From Macrostomum lignano (taxonomy: Eukaryota): a stretch of 64,000 bases of DNA. This document shows, in pieces, positions 39,592 through 52,465 of this stretch. The stretch's first letter is position 1; every line of letters begins with the position of its first letter. The position numbers were made by a program, and so were the translations under genes. The notes beneath the pieces are model-generated. The model was not told where the DNA came from, ran no database searches, and saw only the letters and a list, made by a program, of their open reading frames with translations. Location: the NCBI GenBank assembly GCA_002269645.1, contig NIVC01001111.1, positions 248,001 to 312,000 on the forward strand, written 5' to 3'.

Positions 39592-41878
39592 CTAATGCGC
39601 TGCTGCTTTATCGCCGCTGATTGACAAAGGCGGTACTGAAGCGCCTGACGCCACGGGCCGGTCATCGGACAAGTCGAGCGGCTCCGGCAGCTCCCAGGCT
39701 AAGCCGAAGTCGTCATCGCTCTTTCGTTGGCCCTGCTCGCCCTCGCCGTCGCGGCAGGCAATGACGCCAAGCCGCGGCACGGGCACTGCGGCCGAGTGAA
39801 GCACGGCGAGGCAGCGCCCGCTGGCTGAATGGATTAGGCGGCGCTTCAGAGGCTCGTAGCACCAACTTTGCAGTCTCGCCAGACTACCCTCACCGTTGTC
39901 AGTGTCCTGACACGGCGCCAGCGACAGCTGTTGGTTGTTGTAGTGCAGACAACTACCATCGGATCGCGCCAGAACCAGCGGCCTGCCGCCTCTATCAGCG
40001 GAGGTGGCGGAGGCTGCTGCCGCTTCCGCGACCACCCACGTCTGGCCGCCGCCTTCGCTGTGGCATTCCCGAATCATAGGCGTCGCCGCCTTCTCTTCCG
40101 CGTCGAGGGTGGAGAACACGCCGTCGAGGCACCAGATGCGGCCCGAGAGTGTCGTAGCTACGCGCAGTGGCCCCATGCGAATGGCGGTGGCGTTGTCAGC
40201 CGCAAGGAGCCACCACCGCGGCGCCAGCTGCTCTGGGCAGACGGTGTCCAGGTACCAGCGGAACGAGCGGCAGCCAAGCCTTCGTCGGAGCTGCCGCCTC
40301 TGCGAGACGTCGCCGAAGTCACCCAGCCGATAGTTGAACTGGCGATACAGGATATGCTTGAAGCCGTCCAGCCACACTTCCGCCAGTCGGATGGCATTCC
40401 GCTTTAACACCTCGGCGGCGCCGCTTTTGCCCCAGGTGTAGGGGCTGACGGAGCGAAACAGGTGGCCGACGATCGAGCAGGGCACAATCTCGATTCGGCC
40501 TTGATCGCCGCACATCCACACGCGGAAGCTGAGCTCGAGATTCTCGCTGCCCCAAATCTCCATCCCTGGGTCATAGCCGCCGAGCTCAGCAAAGAAGGCC
40601 CGGTCTATGGTGAAGAGGCCGCCTGGCATAGTGGCGCTCGGCACTGGATCGGCGCGGCCTGTGAGGTTCCGCCGTACCCGGTCTGGCACCGGGCGCCAGG
40701 CGAACGCCAGACCCGGCCAGTCGAAACCGCCTACCGTCATTCGCTCCGGGGCCACGTGCAGGAAGGCCAGAGACTCGCTGCTGACCACGTCGATGTAGGG
40801 CACGGCCACCGTTCGTCGGCTGCGGGCCACTCGGTCCAGCAGGGGCTCCAGCCAGCCTTCGGCGCATTCGACGTGCGAGTCCAGGAAAGTGAGCGTCTGG
40901 CCAGTTGCGGCCGCGGCGCCAACCAAGCGGGACCTGAAAGATTCAGAGTTTGGGATTCCTATTGTGCGGTAGTTGAAATTGAAAATGCTCGTCATGACAA
41001 AGCGGTGTCAGATTGCTATCTAAGACCCAGAGTTGACCTTATAGTGCCTGCCTGTGTACTGGTAAATGAGAACCTGTACAGATTGTCACCTCTCACCTGA
41101 CCAGCCCTTCGCGGCGGGAATTCCGTATTAATCTGAGCCGAGCGCTCGTACCGGACCGGCCCAGCTCAGCCAGGTAATCCTCCAGAGGCCGGCCGAGCTG
41201 CGGTCGAGTTGACGCGTCGTCCACCAGGATGACCTCGTGCAGCAGGTTCCGGGGCGACCTGTCCAGCACGGAGTGCAGCGTCCTGAGCAGCGCCGACCAG
41301 GCCTCGTTGTGCGCGCAGACGATGACGCTGGTGTTGGGCAGGCCGGCCGCTGTCCAGTTATTCTTGCGGCAGGCCAGCGGCCGAAAGTCTTGCAGGCGAC
41401 GTCGCGGTCCAATTCGATCGCTGGCAAACTCGTTGAAGCCGCTGTCGCGCCAGCCAGCCTCGAATCGGTCGCGCTCGTCGGCGTTCAGCAGGCTCGGGTC
41501 GACCCACACCGGGGCGCCAAGGTCGCCGGGACCGCCGGCCGCTGATGTCGGCGCACCGGTTGATGGCGCCGTCAAGCTTGTCTTCATCGCGGACGTTGCC
41601 GTCGAGCTGGTCGCTTCTTCCATCATGAGGATGCTGCGCAGCCGGTCCTGACGCTCGCGCAGTCGCTGCAGCCGCTTCCCCCGGTCGCTGCGCCTAAACT
41701 CGGCGCTCAGGCGGGATTTCTCAGCCAGCACTCGGTCGCTGGAGTCGGTGTCATCGTTGAGGCCGTGATCCGCGTGGATACTGAGCAGCGCAGCTACCAG
41801 GGTCAGCCACAGAAGCGAGGTGAGCAGAATCAGAAGACGAAACAGCGGGTACCGCCGCCAGAACAGCCAAACTCGCAT
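39592..41878 (-). CDS. GALNT: Polypeptide N-acetylgalactosaminyltransferase; exons 41878-41097 and 40933-39592
   Basis: TSVIVCAHNEAWSALLRTLHSV, EVILVDDAS, spliced REGLVRSRLVGA, FLDSHVEC (DxH), YDPGMEIWGSENLELSFRVWMCG, C-terminal ricin-type CLD..C..Q-W; 163-bp GT-AG intron 41096-40934. Confidence 0.96.
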
Positions 41879-43371
41879 TATCAAACTTATTCTTGCTTTC
41901 TAATGCTGCTCTGGCGCAAGACTGGGGCTCAGTTCCACTCGCTAGCTCGTATAGTTGAAGAGGAAGCTCCAGTTATTAAAGGCTTCGAGTGGCCTATGCG
42001 CTAAGTTGGCTAATCCCCATCCGATTGGCCGAACAACCAAAATCACTTCTTCAACCGGCTTTCCTACGAGAGGTCGGAGAGCATTGGAAACGGATTGTGA
42101 GCCATTGGTTTTCTACTATTGCCTAGCCAAGGAGAAGAGAGCTCAGCAGCTAACTCTCTAAACCCTGTTGCTACCCCCCAGAGCGGCTGTCCAGCCGAAA
42201 AATTGAGCAGAAATCCGTTTCCTAGCTGCGCTGCGCAGACAGCCTGCTTCCTGCGGACTATTTGCTGATGTGCTGGGTGAGTGGTAGGCAGTTGGGGGGT
42301 GGGGCGTCCAGATCCAATCCCTACCTTTGCAGGTGCTGTATTTGTCTACTCCTAGCTGACAGTGCGAGGTCATTGGTGCCAGCAAACCCTCGATTTCTAT
42401 TTTAAAAATGCTTGCACCTCAGCTACTCACCCGAGAATGCATAGTTGGCAGCGGGTTGCTCAGAGCAGGGAAGGCAGTCAGCCGAAGCAAATTGGGATAT
42501 TCTTTTCGACCATTCCCGCGGGGGGGGGGATATCCTCCCCAATGCTGAGGCGCCTATGCGTGAGCACAGCTGAGCGATTCCGGACTAACTGCTTTCAAGC
42601 CGCCTGGCTCAACTGCGATCAAGAAATCAGCCCGAAGGCTCCTAATTAGAAATCAATCAAGTTTCTCGTCTACCCCGGTAGCGCACAAACTGCATGCCCC
42701 GCTGCCGCAGGGGACTCCCGATAGACTTAGCCGAATCGCTTTCAGTCCGAGGCTCTGAATAAAGCTTTGCCGCCTTTCCCCCTCGGGTCCGGATTCTGAT
42801 CCCTCTGGTGGATAAGCTCTTCTTCATCCTAAACTTGTGGGGGTTCTAAACTGGACTAGCTAGTGCTCAAGAATTCCCTTACAGCTTAGTAGGCTTGTAC
42901 ATCATTTTCTGTCCCATTGTACAGCAGCCGAATGGGTTTGAAGTAATGTACGCTCGTACTTGCATTTATTTAATACAAGCTGCTTATTGAGTGCCAACTT
43001 TATTGAAACACCTCATTTTTTATTGCTCCGTGGCGCAAACCCTGAATATTAACAAGAACCAAGACTGAGCACCCAAAAACCAAAGCTTGTTATTAATTCT
43101 ATTAGACTACTCTATGTCGTGTATCTAAGTATTTTTAAGCAAATAGGAAAAATAGGAAATTCTATAAAAAATATGGCTGACTCGCACTGCAAGGTGGCCA
43201 GATGTCCCGGCGCATCAGAGGACTCGGAGAGGAGCAGGCGTCCTTCAGTCTTGTGAAATTATTTACTTCGGTCCGATGAAGCGTACCGCTGTCGAGACTG
43301 TGGGGGAGGGGGCAAAGCTACCAGTATGGCGCAATAAAACTGCAATTGAACCTATGGCCGGGCCCTAATGG

Positions 43372-43718
43372 GGAATAAATAGGTTTCTGTAGTCTATGGC
43401 CGGACCCAAACATGGAATAAATAGGTTTCTGTAGTCTATAGCCGGACCCAAACATGGAATAAATAGGTTTCTGTAGTCTATGGCCGGACCCAAACATGGA
43501 ATAAATAGGTTTCTGTAGTCTATGGCCGGACCCAAGCATGGAATAAATAGGCTTCTGTAGTCTATGGCCGGACCCAAGCATGGAATAAATAGGTTTCTGT
43601 AGTCTATGGCCGGACCCAAGCATGGAATAAATAGGTTTCTGTAGTCTATGGCCCCTGGACCAAGTGGGGAATAAATAGGTTTCTGTAGTCTATGGTCCGG
43701 GCCAAGTGGGGAATAAAT
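43372..43718. repeat. 42-bp minisatellite (GGAATAAATAGGTTTCTGTAGTCTATGGCCGGACCCAA[AG]CAT), ~8 copies
   Basis: Direct reading. Confidence 0.95.
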
Positions 43719-44456
43719 ATCTTATATCTACTTGTCAATCAATCACTATAATGATAATACAAGACCTCTAAAATCAAGACATGCCATGTAACACTAATAA
43801 CAGATATTAAAGTAGTTTGTTATAAACTACTTTGACATCCACATTTCATGCACAAGAGTATAATTACGTGTATTAGATAGACATATACTATAGGCGTATT
43901 AATGACCCAAAAATCATTTGAAGTGAAAAGTTTACTTTATACCCGCAAGAAAAAAGCGCAGTATTCTACTAACTTGAAATTTGTTGGTTGATTTCTACTT
44001 TTGTGGAGAGATTTAGAAAAGCAATTTAGAGCTATTCGGCAAGTATTGCAGCAGGTGCGGGGACAATTGCTACCAATTCTATCATTCCCCTGCACTGGCG
44101 GTCTAGCAACTACTTTAGTCCCAATGAACTATTGAGCTGAAAATCCTGTCTGTCAGCTACCGGGCCAGATCTCAAGCAGCCGGTAGTCTTCCTTCACCCC
44201 CTTACCCTCCAGATCGCTGATCGCCTTGGGGGGAAATCGATAATATATCGATCAGCGCCAACTGCTCGCTCGCATGGGGAATGGGGATTGGGGCGTTTCT
44301 CTGTCCCTCTCTCTCCTCTCGCTCCCGCCCGCTCCCCGCCGCAAATGCTTAGAAAACTACAATAGGGGAGGGAGAGATCATGAAAAAATTAGGCAGAGTC
44401 GACAACAGAATTGAAAGCCAATTTTGAAGCCAGCAGGACCTGAGCAAGCAGAGACG

Positions 44457-47400
44457 ATGCCGCAGTCACCCACATCGCCTGAGTCGCCCAGGACCGGCAC
44501 CGGATCCAAGCAGAGCATCCCGTTTGCCAGCCCGCTGAGGGCCAACATTCTGCTGCCTGCCAGCGGTGCGGCAACGCAGCCGACTCTGCTGGCCGACCTG
44601 TGCGCAAACAGCGGCTCCATTGCGATGTCCGAGGAGCACCGGCTGGCTCCGGAGCACTTGCTGGTCACCGGGCAGTGCTTGAAGAAGGAGGACAGCTGGT
44701 AAGCGACATTCGCTAGGTGGGGGGGGGGGGGCAGGCAGCTCAGCGGTGTAACCTCTGACCTTCGCACCACTGACCCTGGTTCGATTCCGTGCGAGGCCAA
44801 ATTCATTTGGAACTGAATTTTGCGGCTTGTGCACGAAAAGGTGGGTTAGGGTTGTCGTACGATTCACACCTATGAGGGCCAACCCTCAAAGCACAGAGAG
44901 TGTACATGCCTGTTTCTTAGAAATTTAGGGAGGCTGTACACCCTGCGTGAGCGTTTTCACGATTTTATATTGCATTTTCAAACTTTTTTTAACTCTTGAT
45001 AATGTTGAGCTATCTTGTCTACTTACTGTCAGTAGCATCACGTAGTGCTTGTTATATCTATTTCAATGTTGGGCTGGCTCTGATGGCGAGCCAAGTTGAT
45101 TCTATATATTTTCTCTCCTTGCCTCTTAGCACGTCAGGCTTTAGGTCAGGGCCATAGATATACTTACGGTATTATCATCTACACCAGTGCTATCATCGAA
45201 TTTCTGACCAGATGCTTACGGCCACTGCATGCCAATGGTAATTGTGACGCATTACTAATGACGGCCCTGATTCCAAAACAGAGTACTCCAATTTGTTCAC
45301 TAATTGTTCACCTGAGTCCGATTAACACTGCAAGTGAGCTTGATAAATCCCCAAAATTGAGCTTGATAAATCCCAAAAATTGAGCTTGATAAATCCCATA
45401 CATTGAGCTTGATAAATCCCCAAAATTGAGCTTGATAAATCCCAAAAATTGAGCTTGATAAATCCCATACATTGAGCTTGATAAATCCCCAAAATTGAGC
45501 TTGATAAATCCCAAAAATTGAGCTTGATAAATCCCATACATTGAGCTTGATAAACCCCAAACATTGGGCTTGATAAACCCCAAACATCGAACTTGATAAA
45601 CCCAAACATTGATATTGATAAATCCAACAATTGAGCTTGATGAACACCAAATATTAAGCTTAATAAACCCCAAACTTAAGTTTGATAAACCCCAAACATT
45701 GAGCTTGATAAGCCCTAACCATTGAGCCTGATAAACCCCACAATTGAGCTTGATAAACCCAAAAATTGAGCTTGATAAGCCCCACACTTAAGTTTGATAA
45801 ACCCCACACATTGGGCTTAATAAACCCCAAACATTGAGCTTGATAAGCCCTAACCATTGAGCTTGATATGCCCCACAATTGAGCTTGATAAGCCCCACAA
45901 TTGAGCTTGATATGCCCCACAATTGAGCTTGATAAGCCCCACAATTGAGCTTGATAAGCCCCACAATTGAGCTTGATAAGCCCCACAATTGAGCTTGATA
46001 AACCCCAACAGGCTGGAGTTCCGCCTGAAGCTGTTACTGCAGGAGCCGCTGCGCAGAATTCACCTCCTGATCGAGCCGCAGTACCGAACCGACAAGAACT
46101 CCTGGGACGTGGCCAAACTAGCCAGCGGCAACCTGTTCCAGGTGGAGTCCGAGTTCGAATTCCTGGCGCTGCGAGTCCGCCAAGCCGCCATCCAGCGGGC
46201 CGAGGAGGCGCCGGACGCGTACCGGCTGAAGTTCGACCTGCACGTGATTGCCCTGATTTTCGAGCCGGCCAGCCCGCTGCTGCAGCGCATCGAGGGCTCC
46301 AACCCGGTGCCGGATTTCACCCGACGTGGCGGCAACGGCGAGAACTGCTGCAACAGTCTCGAGCTGGTGGTGGAGGACAGGAAGCTGTACGCCCTGCCAG
46401 AGTGCCTGAGCTGCCAGTCGGAGTACTTCCGCACTAAGATTGCCGACAGTCGCGACGCTTCTATTCGGCTGATGGGCAAGCGCTACGAGGACGTGCAGCT
46501 GTTCCTGAGCCTGCTGTACCCGGGCAGCAAGTCTCGCCTGTCTGTGGAGGCGGCGCCCGCCATGCTAGCGATGGCCGATGAGTTCAAGGTTTGTGTTTAT
46601 CACCTCTAAGCAGAGTTGCCCCTGGTTAATATGCTCCTTAATAGGCTTGTGTTTTTCGTAATTGCGGCCACGATGATAACTCGGTGATAGTTCGGTGATA
46701 GTTAACTCTGTGATAGTTTGGTGGTAGTTTGGTGAAAGTTTGGTGATAGTTTGGTGGTAGTTTGGTGGTAGTTTGGTGAAAGTTTGGTGAAAGTTTGGTG
46801 ATAGTTTGGTGGTAGTTTGGTGATAGTTTGGTGGTAGTTTGGTGAAAGTTTGGTGAAAGTTTGGTGATAGTTTGGTGGTAGTTTGGTGATAGTTTGGTGG
46901 TAGTTTGGTGGTAGTTTGGTGGTAGTTTGGTAGTAGTTTGGTGATAGTTTGGTGGCAGTTTGGTAGTAGTTTGGTGATAGTTTGGTGGTAGTTTGGTGAT
47001 AGTTTGGTGGTTGTTTGGTGGTAGTTTGGTGAAAGTTTGGTGATAGTTTGGTGATAGTTTGGTGATAATTTGTTGGTAGTTTGGTGGTAGTTTGGTAGTA
47101 GTTTGGTGATAGTTTGGTGGTAGTTTGGTGAAAGTTTGGTGATAGTTTGGTGATAGTTTGGTGATAATTTGGTGGTAGTTTGGTGAAAGTTAGCTCGCAG
47201 GAAGCACTTTAGGCAATGCCGCAAATAGAGGCGACAGTTGACCAGCGAGGAGAAAGCAAGCAGTCTGGCCCATTCTGCTGACGCGCACTCACACAGATAC
47301 ACGCTCATGTTCACCCACACTGGGTGTACAACGACCCTGACTTTCTGATTGTCAGGCATTCTAAAACTGAGTGCCTTGGGGGGTGGCCCTCATGGAATCT

Positions 47401-48191
47401 TTTGTACACAAGCCGCAAATAAATCTGGCCGCAAATGGAATCAAACCTGGGTGCTTTGGAGCGAGATACGGACTGTTGACCGCTGAGCTGCTCGCCCGGT
47501 AGGCACGGGGTGCAAATGGTCAGTTAAGGTCAGCTCCAGTTCATCTGATGGGACAGTGTTAGCAACACCGAGGTTTCAAGTTGAGATTCCCGCAGAGTTA
47601 GCACTGTACAAGCTGTTCGGTTTGCAGAATAATGTTGGAATGATGAATTATTATAGAATGGCTCTCCGAGTCGACTCTGACAGTGGCCAGAACCGCATTT
47701 ACAAATATTAGTTCATGCCTTGAGGTGTTCTTAGGTACGGATCGGAGAGAGACAACCATATACTTGTAAGAACAATGTTTTTACTCAAGACTCCCTAATG
47801 AGCAGATGCCTTCATGTTGAAGACGACTCGGTGGCAAAGTCTTATAAAACCTACCGTTTAAGCAGTCATTTCTGAATTAACTGTGGGTGACTCAGAGAAT
47901 AAATAAGCTCAAACGCGTTCGTGTATTGCCGACCGACAACAGGTGCCGAACCTCAAGGCCACGGCTGAGCGCGTCCTGGTTGCCGGGATGCGCGCCGGCC
48001 GGATGTCGCCAGTGCGCGGCTTCCTGCTGGCCAGACGGCACACCAGCCGCCAGATGGAGGACTGCGCCACGCCGCTGTTCGCCAGAATGCCGCTGGCCGA
48101 TCTAGACAAGGACGCGGCCTTCGCTGAGCTGCCCGACTGCGACAGAAGCCTACTGCTGTTGAAGAAGGTCCAGCTGATGGAGGGCAAGTGA
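44457..48191 (+). CDS. BTB/POZ-domain protein with a MATH-like N-terminal region; exons 44457-44698, 46012-46588, 47943-48191
   Basis: Phase-consistent GT-AG joins (TG|G = Trp; phase 0 K|V). BTB-like LELVVEDRKLYALPECLSCQSEYFR...FLSLLYP...MLAMADEFKVPNLK. The MATH call is weak. Confidence 0.8.
44730..44960 (+). mobile_element. Diverged SINE of the same superfamily as 48534
   Basis: GCAGCTCAGCGG (A box), GGTTCGATTCC (B box) and the shared GAGGGCCAACCC..AAGCACAGAGAGTGTACATGCC domain. Confidence 0.75.
45336..46010. repeat. 23/24-bp minisatellite (ATTGAGCTTGATAA[AG][TC]CCC...)
   Basis: Direct reading; runs up to the exon-2 acceptor. Confidence 0.95.
46685..47190. repeat. ~11-bp GT-rich minisatellite (GGTG[AG]TAGTTT)
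   Basis: Direct reading. Confidence 0.93.
47320..47500 (-). mobile_element. Diverged SINE copy
   Basis: Minus strand shows tRNA-like head (GCAGCTCAGCGG...GGTTTGATTCC) and CATGAGGGCCACCCCCCAAGGCAC...GTCAGGGTCGTTGTACACCC. Confidence 0.7.
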
Positions 48192-48533
48192 AAACTAATC
48201 AAGCTTCTCTTGTGACTGAGAAATTTTATTCGCTGCTGTCTCATTTTCCCGCCATAGCATTGCTTGTTTTCGATTTATTTTCCTCGTTTGTAGTTAACGC
48301 CAAGACTATTTGAATGCTGGGCACCGTTTGAGCAACCTGACTATCCCTGATGATGAGAATGGCTGGGTACCCTAATCAAGGATGTGCGTGTCCTGATGCA
48401 GGTGTAAAATCTAGAAAAATTAGACGGGAAAGCGGTAATTTTATAACCTTCTTCAGTAAAATTTCATACAGTAATACGAGTACTTCAATTTTTATGGTAA
48501 AATATTTTGCGTAAGAATAATCTCGTTGGAAAA

Positions 48534-48893
48534 GGGGGGCCGTAGCCCAGCGGTAGCGCAGCTGCTCTGGTGTGCCAGCGACCCAGGCTCGATTCCAAGT
48601 GCAGTCACATTAATTTGGGGCTGAATTGGAATCTCGGCTTGGCTCTGCTCGTGCAATTAACGGCCTTGAGAGCCAACCCCCCAAGGCGCAGTGAAGTGTA
48701 CATGCCTAACGATAAATAAAGTTAGGGCCGCTGTACACTCCTGTGTGAGTGTGTGCCTGCGTACGTATCCGCGCGCTTGTATGCCTGCTCAGGGGAGTCG
48801 GCGGAATGGGCAGTAATGCCTCTCGCCGGTTGTGTGCCAATGTCGCTTATAGTGCGCCAGGGTGCACACAACCCCCCTGCCTCTAATAAAAAA
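48534..48893 (+). mobile_element. Full-length tRNA-derived SINE with poly(A) tail and TSD
   Basis: GGGGGGCCGTAGCCCAGCGGTAGCGC (A box), GGCTCGATTCC (B box), AATAAAAAAAA tail; TSD AATCTC[GA]TTGGAAA on both sides (one mismatch). Confidence 0.93.
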
Positions 48894-49718
48894 AATCTCA
48901 TTGGAAACGTTCCTATAGTTTGAAATCCTGGCAAAATGGCGGGATGGGTGTCAAATTACACCCCAAAAGGTTAAAAAATGCATCACAAGCATCCTTCTAT
49001 CCATTCCCTACTAGTACCGACTGATTTACAGTTGTCCCTTTTTGTCACTTTTCTGCTTTATAGATGTTTTCATGGTGTGGTGTTGGCCCTACGCGTAGAA
49101 AGTACGCTCGTACCATGAGTCATGCTCTCATATATTTATATGAATACATCAGCCGATATCTATAACGAAAGACTCTTCAAATTATTTACTCTTTAAAAAA
49201 TAATTTTTAGTCTGTACTAAAATTGAAGCTTTTTACGCTTTTGAGAAACTGCAAATAAGCTGGTCTTAGCAATCAAATAAAACAAATTTATAAACTTCTA
49301 CACTATTTAAAGGATACTGTTTTCATCGACAGTTTAGAAAGCCGTGCTTTTGATTCGATTCATTAGTTAATTTTTTCACATGCCCGTTGGTTCAGCCCCG
49401 GTAGAGAGTCCCGGAGGAAAAGACTTCGAATATAACAATGCCCATTTTAGGAACTGGAGACAGCAAGTGGTTGACAGTTTGACTAGTAGTGTTAACACTG
49501 TTTTGCAAAGTTTTGCACTGATTTCAGTTTCGACTTTTAATTCTTGGAATTATTCGCCAAACAGGTTTCTGAGAAGATACACTCATGAATGAACTAGTAT
49601 CAGACCGATGCTTTAAAATAACTTCATTTGATGATAGAAAAAATACATCGTTAGACGCTTTCCAGCGAATCAATCAGTGAGGAATGACAGTGTCTATCGA
49701 AGAACGTTACATTGCAGT

Positions 49719-51134
49719 CTACGAATCGGACTTCGTCATTAAGCTTACGCGGCTCTGTCGAAGAACGGCCTCCATGTTTAGCCGGCGATGTAGATCGTTG
49801 TCGATGCGGACGACACTGTCCGCCGAGACAGCCACGCTACAGACTCCGCCAGCTGCTTCAACATCGTCGAAAGCAATGACTAACGAAGTCGGAGAGCGCT
49901 GCAGAACTCTAGCCGTAAGGTAGGGACCGCTGACTGTTTTTCTCTTGTTCATCGACACCGGAGCCAACACCCAGTCGCCTAGCCGGATGCTCCGCCTCAG
50001 TCCATCGTCCAGGCAGATCAAGTCGGGCAGCGGCACGAAGCGGTAAGTGTAGACGGCGAATCCATCTGGCGCCTCAACCGGACCGAACTCCACTCGATAG
50101 ATCGGTGAAACGTTGGTCTAAATAGATATAGTAGACGCACTGGTATCACGTATGAGGCATAGTTACAACGCCAAGATGTGAGCTAAAGCATGAAATCAAA
50201 CCTGATCACAGCTGCTACAGTCGCGCACAATGCCTCCGTAAAACTGGCCATCCGACTGACGTCTGGCAAGGACCCGCTGTCCAATAAGTGTACCAACAGC
50301 AGCACTTTGAGAAGGTGCCAACGATGGTGACGGTGGACGTGGCCGCGATCGTCGCGAGGTTTGAAACTTGATCCAGGATTGCGCGTTGAGCAAAGGGTCG
50401 CCGGACAGTGCAGCAGTGACTGGATACCGGCTCGGCAGACTATGGCTGCCGCCGCGTGCAGGTGACCAGGCGTGCGACACGCGTAGCACCGGGCCCACAC
50501 GGTTGAGGCCGTCTCTGCCAACGCTGCTGATGCCGATTCTGGAAATGGTGAGCGAGCCAGCGGTGGCGACCGCCAGCCGGTTAAAAAACTCTGTCAGGCC
50601 CGCCTGGACTGGAACACCAGTCAACTCTGGACACACGCAGTGGATTCGGCATTTGGACTGACGACTGGCGCTCACAAAAGCAGCCAATTCGGCTTGTTGA
50701 CCACCTTCCGGAAGGCCGTCCATTACAAGGCAGGCAGCGTCGCAGCCGTCGGCAGATAGAACGGCAGATAGAGCCGCCCTAGCGCCGCGGGAATCGCCCC
50801 GACAGCCGCATAAGCGAAGCCATCTGATTGCCGCATCCGCATCCGATTCATCTTCATCAAAAGCGTCAACTCCAGCTTCGCACCGTCTATTCAGCATCGT
50901 ACACCATCGGTCGACCCGACCGGCCCCGAATCGAAGGAGAAAGCAGCGTCGACCAGTGCGCGTCAGCTGACTAAAAGCTTCTGCAAGCTCGTCCAGCAAG
51001 GGCTCGAACTTGGCGTGCATGCTGCCCGATGTGTCAATGGCGAACGCAATGCCCAATGTGGAGTCGGCTAGCGCGACATCAAAGATCGTCGGTATCTTTT
51101 CTTCCTTACCATCTGTTCCTTGCAGAGCGCTCAT
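49719..51134 (-). CDS. vWA-domain + DUF4537/Tudor-like protein (C11orf16/VWA3B-like); exons 51134-50202 and 50117-49749/49719
   Basis: IAFAIDTSGSMH (vWA MIDAS-like), ACLVMDGLP, GQRVLARRQSDGQFYGGIV and GDWVLAP (DUF4537-like repeats); in-frame GT-AG intron 50201-50118. A GTAAGC donor at 49748 may lead to a short third exon near 49610. Confidence 0.75.
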
Positions 51135-52465
51135 TGCTAACGTATAAGCCTATAGCTAAGCGTTGTCTTCAATTGTGGAAGCCCTGACTTCTGCGCTAGC
51201 CACTTTTGTTTAGTCCTTACGAATTAATTATTAACAGTATCGGAGCACGATTTGACTGAGAACAAACTAGAGAATAATACTGTATGCATTCAACTGAGGC
51301 AGGTTATCGGCTACTGTTGTTTTAGTTTCTATGAGTTTTGTGACCAGATCGATCCGTGTGCACTGAGCCGAGCATCACACAAATCAGAACAACAGAACAG
51401 AACAGAACAACATCTCAAATTCACTATCTAGTTAGTGGCAGGAGCTGCGCGGATCCACAACAACGGCACAATGCGGGCTGTCTGTCTCTCCCTCTCAGCC
51501 TCATCTCCCTCGTCAAGCTCTGAGTTTTCGATTTAATTTTTTAGATTCTACATTCTCATTTTGCTTCCATTGTTTGGTCGACTCTCTCTCTCTCTCTCCT
51601 CGCTCTCGCACCCTCCTAGTATGTTCTACTATAACCACAGGCTTTTTTCCCAGGCAGACCAGCTCCTCTACCAAGTCGCCTTGAGGACTAAAGAATTGCC
51701 CCCCCCCCACTCTGGAGTGAGCACCGGCTACAGTTCACCACTCTCTTCCCTTCATTCTACAAGCGCATTCTCCCAATTTACCCTCGACGTTACCCCCTGG
51801 AGCATTGATTTTAGGCCCTGCTCAGACTGGCCAATGCCTGTGCTAGTAACGGCAAGCGTGCAGTCAACAAAAGAGGACTGACTCGCTTCTTCCCTCGCGA
51901 CGCGTGTAGTAGAGAGAGAGAGATTTAGTCGGAAACCGAAGGGTTAGAAACTGTTTGCAGAGAATAAAACTGTGTCCGTACATTTACCAGCCTGATCAAT
52001 GCCGGCTGCTGGTTCGGCATTTGTTCTACCTGGCGCGACTGGCATTCACACAAATCCCAAACTGAAAGCAAATGAGTACAAATTTGCGTATGCCTGTCCT
52101 CTTCCTATTAAATCCATAGCAAAAAACCGAACAATAAAACCACCAGCGATTCGCTGAGGCTCAATAACAAATATCCGAGATACTCGTCAGCTATAGACAA
52201 ATTTTAAGCTGCAGATAGGGCCGTTTTAGTTAGATAAACATCTTTCCAACCTTTAGTTCGGCTGAATTGACGATAGGCACCTCCTGACGGTTGCTGCAAA
52301 GGTGAGTGTGTGACTATTGAACAAGTCAGTTCATGAGTGATTCGGTTCATGAGTGATTCAGTTCATGAGTGATTCAGTTCATGAGTAATTCAGTTCATGA
52401 GTAATTCAGTTCATGAGTAATTCAGTTCATGAGTGATTCAGTTCATGAGTAATTCAGTTCATGAG

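Noticed and set aside
48534-48610. tRNA genes at SINE heads (also 6117, 44730, 60037, 62723)
   Set aside because: A/B boxes are present but there is no complete cloverleaf, and each continues into a shared SINE body and tail.
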